A stretch of 64,000 bases of DNA from Ruditapes philippinarum (Eukaryota). How positions within the stretch are numbered: the stretch's first letter is position 1; each line of letters begins with the position of its first letter. Location: the NCBI RefSeq assembly GCF_026571515.1, contig NW_026862742.1:186001-250000 (forward strand), read 5' to 3'. The notes below the pieces were generated by a model that saw only the letters and a program-made list of their open reading frames with translations, was not told where the DNA came from and made no database searches. The translations under genes were made by a program, and so were the position numbers. Positions 62,376 to 64,000 of this stretch are shown here, piece after piece.

Positions 62376-63330
62376 TATCACCTTCAAGGTCAAGGTCATA
62401 AAAGACCCAAGGTCAATTTGAGTTATACATGCAGGTCTTATCCTAAAGAAAAGTGTGTTTAAATATGAGACCAATCTATTCAATAATAACGTAATAGCCA
62501 GTTACAACAAAAAATATATTGTTGTTATGTTCAAGTATAAATCCTTTCCATAAATAAATATTATTCCACATGTCTGGTTGGTCACAAGTGTTGTTTTGTC
62601 CACAGATGAATCGAATCCGTACATAAATTATAAAATTATGTTAATTTAACCAAAATGCATTACTCATTTGAGTAAAAGTCATTTTACGCTCAATGTCAAG
62701 TTCAATTCAATCTTTTAGAATGTCTTGTTTAACAGGTTGTTTTGTCCAAGTATGAAACATATCGATTGATAAATTACAAAGTTACAGCCAATTATATAAC
62801 AATAATAAGTAAAAAATAAATAATTTAACCTTCAAGGTCAAGGTCATACATTAATCAAGGTCAATTTGAGATTGATATACAATGAAGGCCCTGACCTAAA
62901 AGATGTTGTGTTAAAAAGTAAATCAATTAATAAATAACAAAGTTTTAGCCAGTTAGAGAAAAAATAATGAAAAAAAATCATTAATTTGACCTTACTAGCC
63001 AAGGTCAATTTAAGGTCAAGGTCACAACTAAATTATTCAATATTTTGTTTGGTAGCAAGTCTTGTTTTGTCCAAGTTAAAAAAAAACAACAATTTTATGA
63101 CAATTTAACAAAAATTAAATAATTTGACCTTGACGTTCAATGTCATTTAAAACTCAAGGTCAATGCCAGTTCACATTTTTGAAGGTCTTGTCCAAAATGT
63201 TGTTATGAAGTAATCCATTTATTAATTACAAAGTAGCAGTCAATTATAGCAAAAACCAGTGAAAATTTAATAATTTAACCTTCAACGTCAAGGTCATTAC
63301 AGATCAGAGGTCAATTTGAGTTTAATGAAG
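62376..63330. repeat. Degenerate tandem subunits with CAAGGTCA(AGGTCA) motifs (Helentron/HINE-like array)
   Basis: Recurrent ACCTTCAAGGTCAAGGTCA and CAAGGTCAATTTGAG blocks with TTGTTTTGTCCA, spaced roughly every 150-300 bp. Confidence 0.6.
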
Positions 63331-63333
63331 GTC

Positions 63334-63968
63334 TTAACCTTTTACCCCATGAGTAGTTTGCGAAAAATGGCCATATTCATTGAAAAGCCTCCTGTAACAA
63401 GTTCAAACTGCTATGAAACTATGAAAAATGCTTCAATACTGATGAAACTTGGCACAAATGTTGACTAGATCATAGCCTCTGTAACAGCATGCTAAATCGT
63501 AAAATTTCCTGTTACCATGGCAACGGGGGGGGGGGCGTCTCAAAATTGCCAAAAATCACTATTTTGCATTGTTTTTTTCCATCAAAACTGATTTCAAAGT
63601 GCTGCAACTTCTCAATGAATTGAGATGGAGTAAAAGGCTTTTCAGCGTCGGCTACTTGTTACCCTAAGATCGACCTGAGGCCATTTTTAGCCCGTCACAT
63701 GTCCAAAATTTTCTTGGCGACGAGGGGGACTACCGCCCCCTTTAGACCCCCCCCCCCCAAACCGGGGGGGGCACATCCCCCTTCTCGCAACGCCCTCATG
63801 TAATATTTGGATGGGGGCGGCGCCGAATAAGTGGTCACTTTTTTAACAACATTTCTCAAACGAAAAACAGTGATTTGGGCCTAGATAGGGCATTTTTTTC
63901 ACTGTTTGAGGCCTCAAAATGGGGGACAAAAAGCCGTAGAAACACGTCTATATAAGGGAAAAGGTTAA
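63334..63968 (+). mobile_element. piggyBac-like TTAA MITE, longest copy
   Basis: TTAA|CCTTTTACCC...GGGAAAAGG|TTAA; same family as 17342 and 39040. Confidence 0.8.
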
Positions 63969-64000
63969 AGAATGTTCTGTTATAATATAAAGTCAATCCA

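Overview
AT-rich, intron-containing eukaryotic DNA. The repeat families and gene types suggest a bivalve mollusc, probably a venerid-type clam (inference, not verified). Genes from left to right: (1) an apparently intronless GMC (glucose-methanol-choline) oxidoreductase on the minus strand, inside a ~5.5 kb tandem segmental duplication that predicts a second GMC copy just left of the window; (2) two tandem 8-exon SLC34 Na/phosphate cotransporter paralogues (minus); (3) a 5-exon SLC16/MCT-type MFS transporter (plus); (4) an 8-exon secreted protein with signal peptide, PAN/Apple domain, short Cys-rich module, 5 CCP/sushi domains and a fibrinogen-related domain (FReD) (minus, about 638 aa), preceded by a disabled duplicate of its first two exons. 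Introns and intergenic DNA are packed with transposons: two large elements with 500-630 bp terminal inverted repeats (one with CAC..GTG ends and a 5-bp TSD, Transib/RAG-like by end structure), a foldback element built from palindromic ~21-bp units, several MITE families, tRNA-derived SINEs and LINE fragments. Three local patches (about 3.4-4.45 kb, 17.3-21 kb, 25.3-25.7 kb) show dense insertion-biased indels that look like unpolished long-read consensus, so pseudogene calls there are unsafe. The best candidates for something undescribed are the PAN-sushi-FReD locus with multiple splice-compatible N-terminal cassettes and the Transib-like long-TIR element. No CRISPR or rRNA was found, and no convincing functional tRNA. 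All exon boundaries were read by eye.
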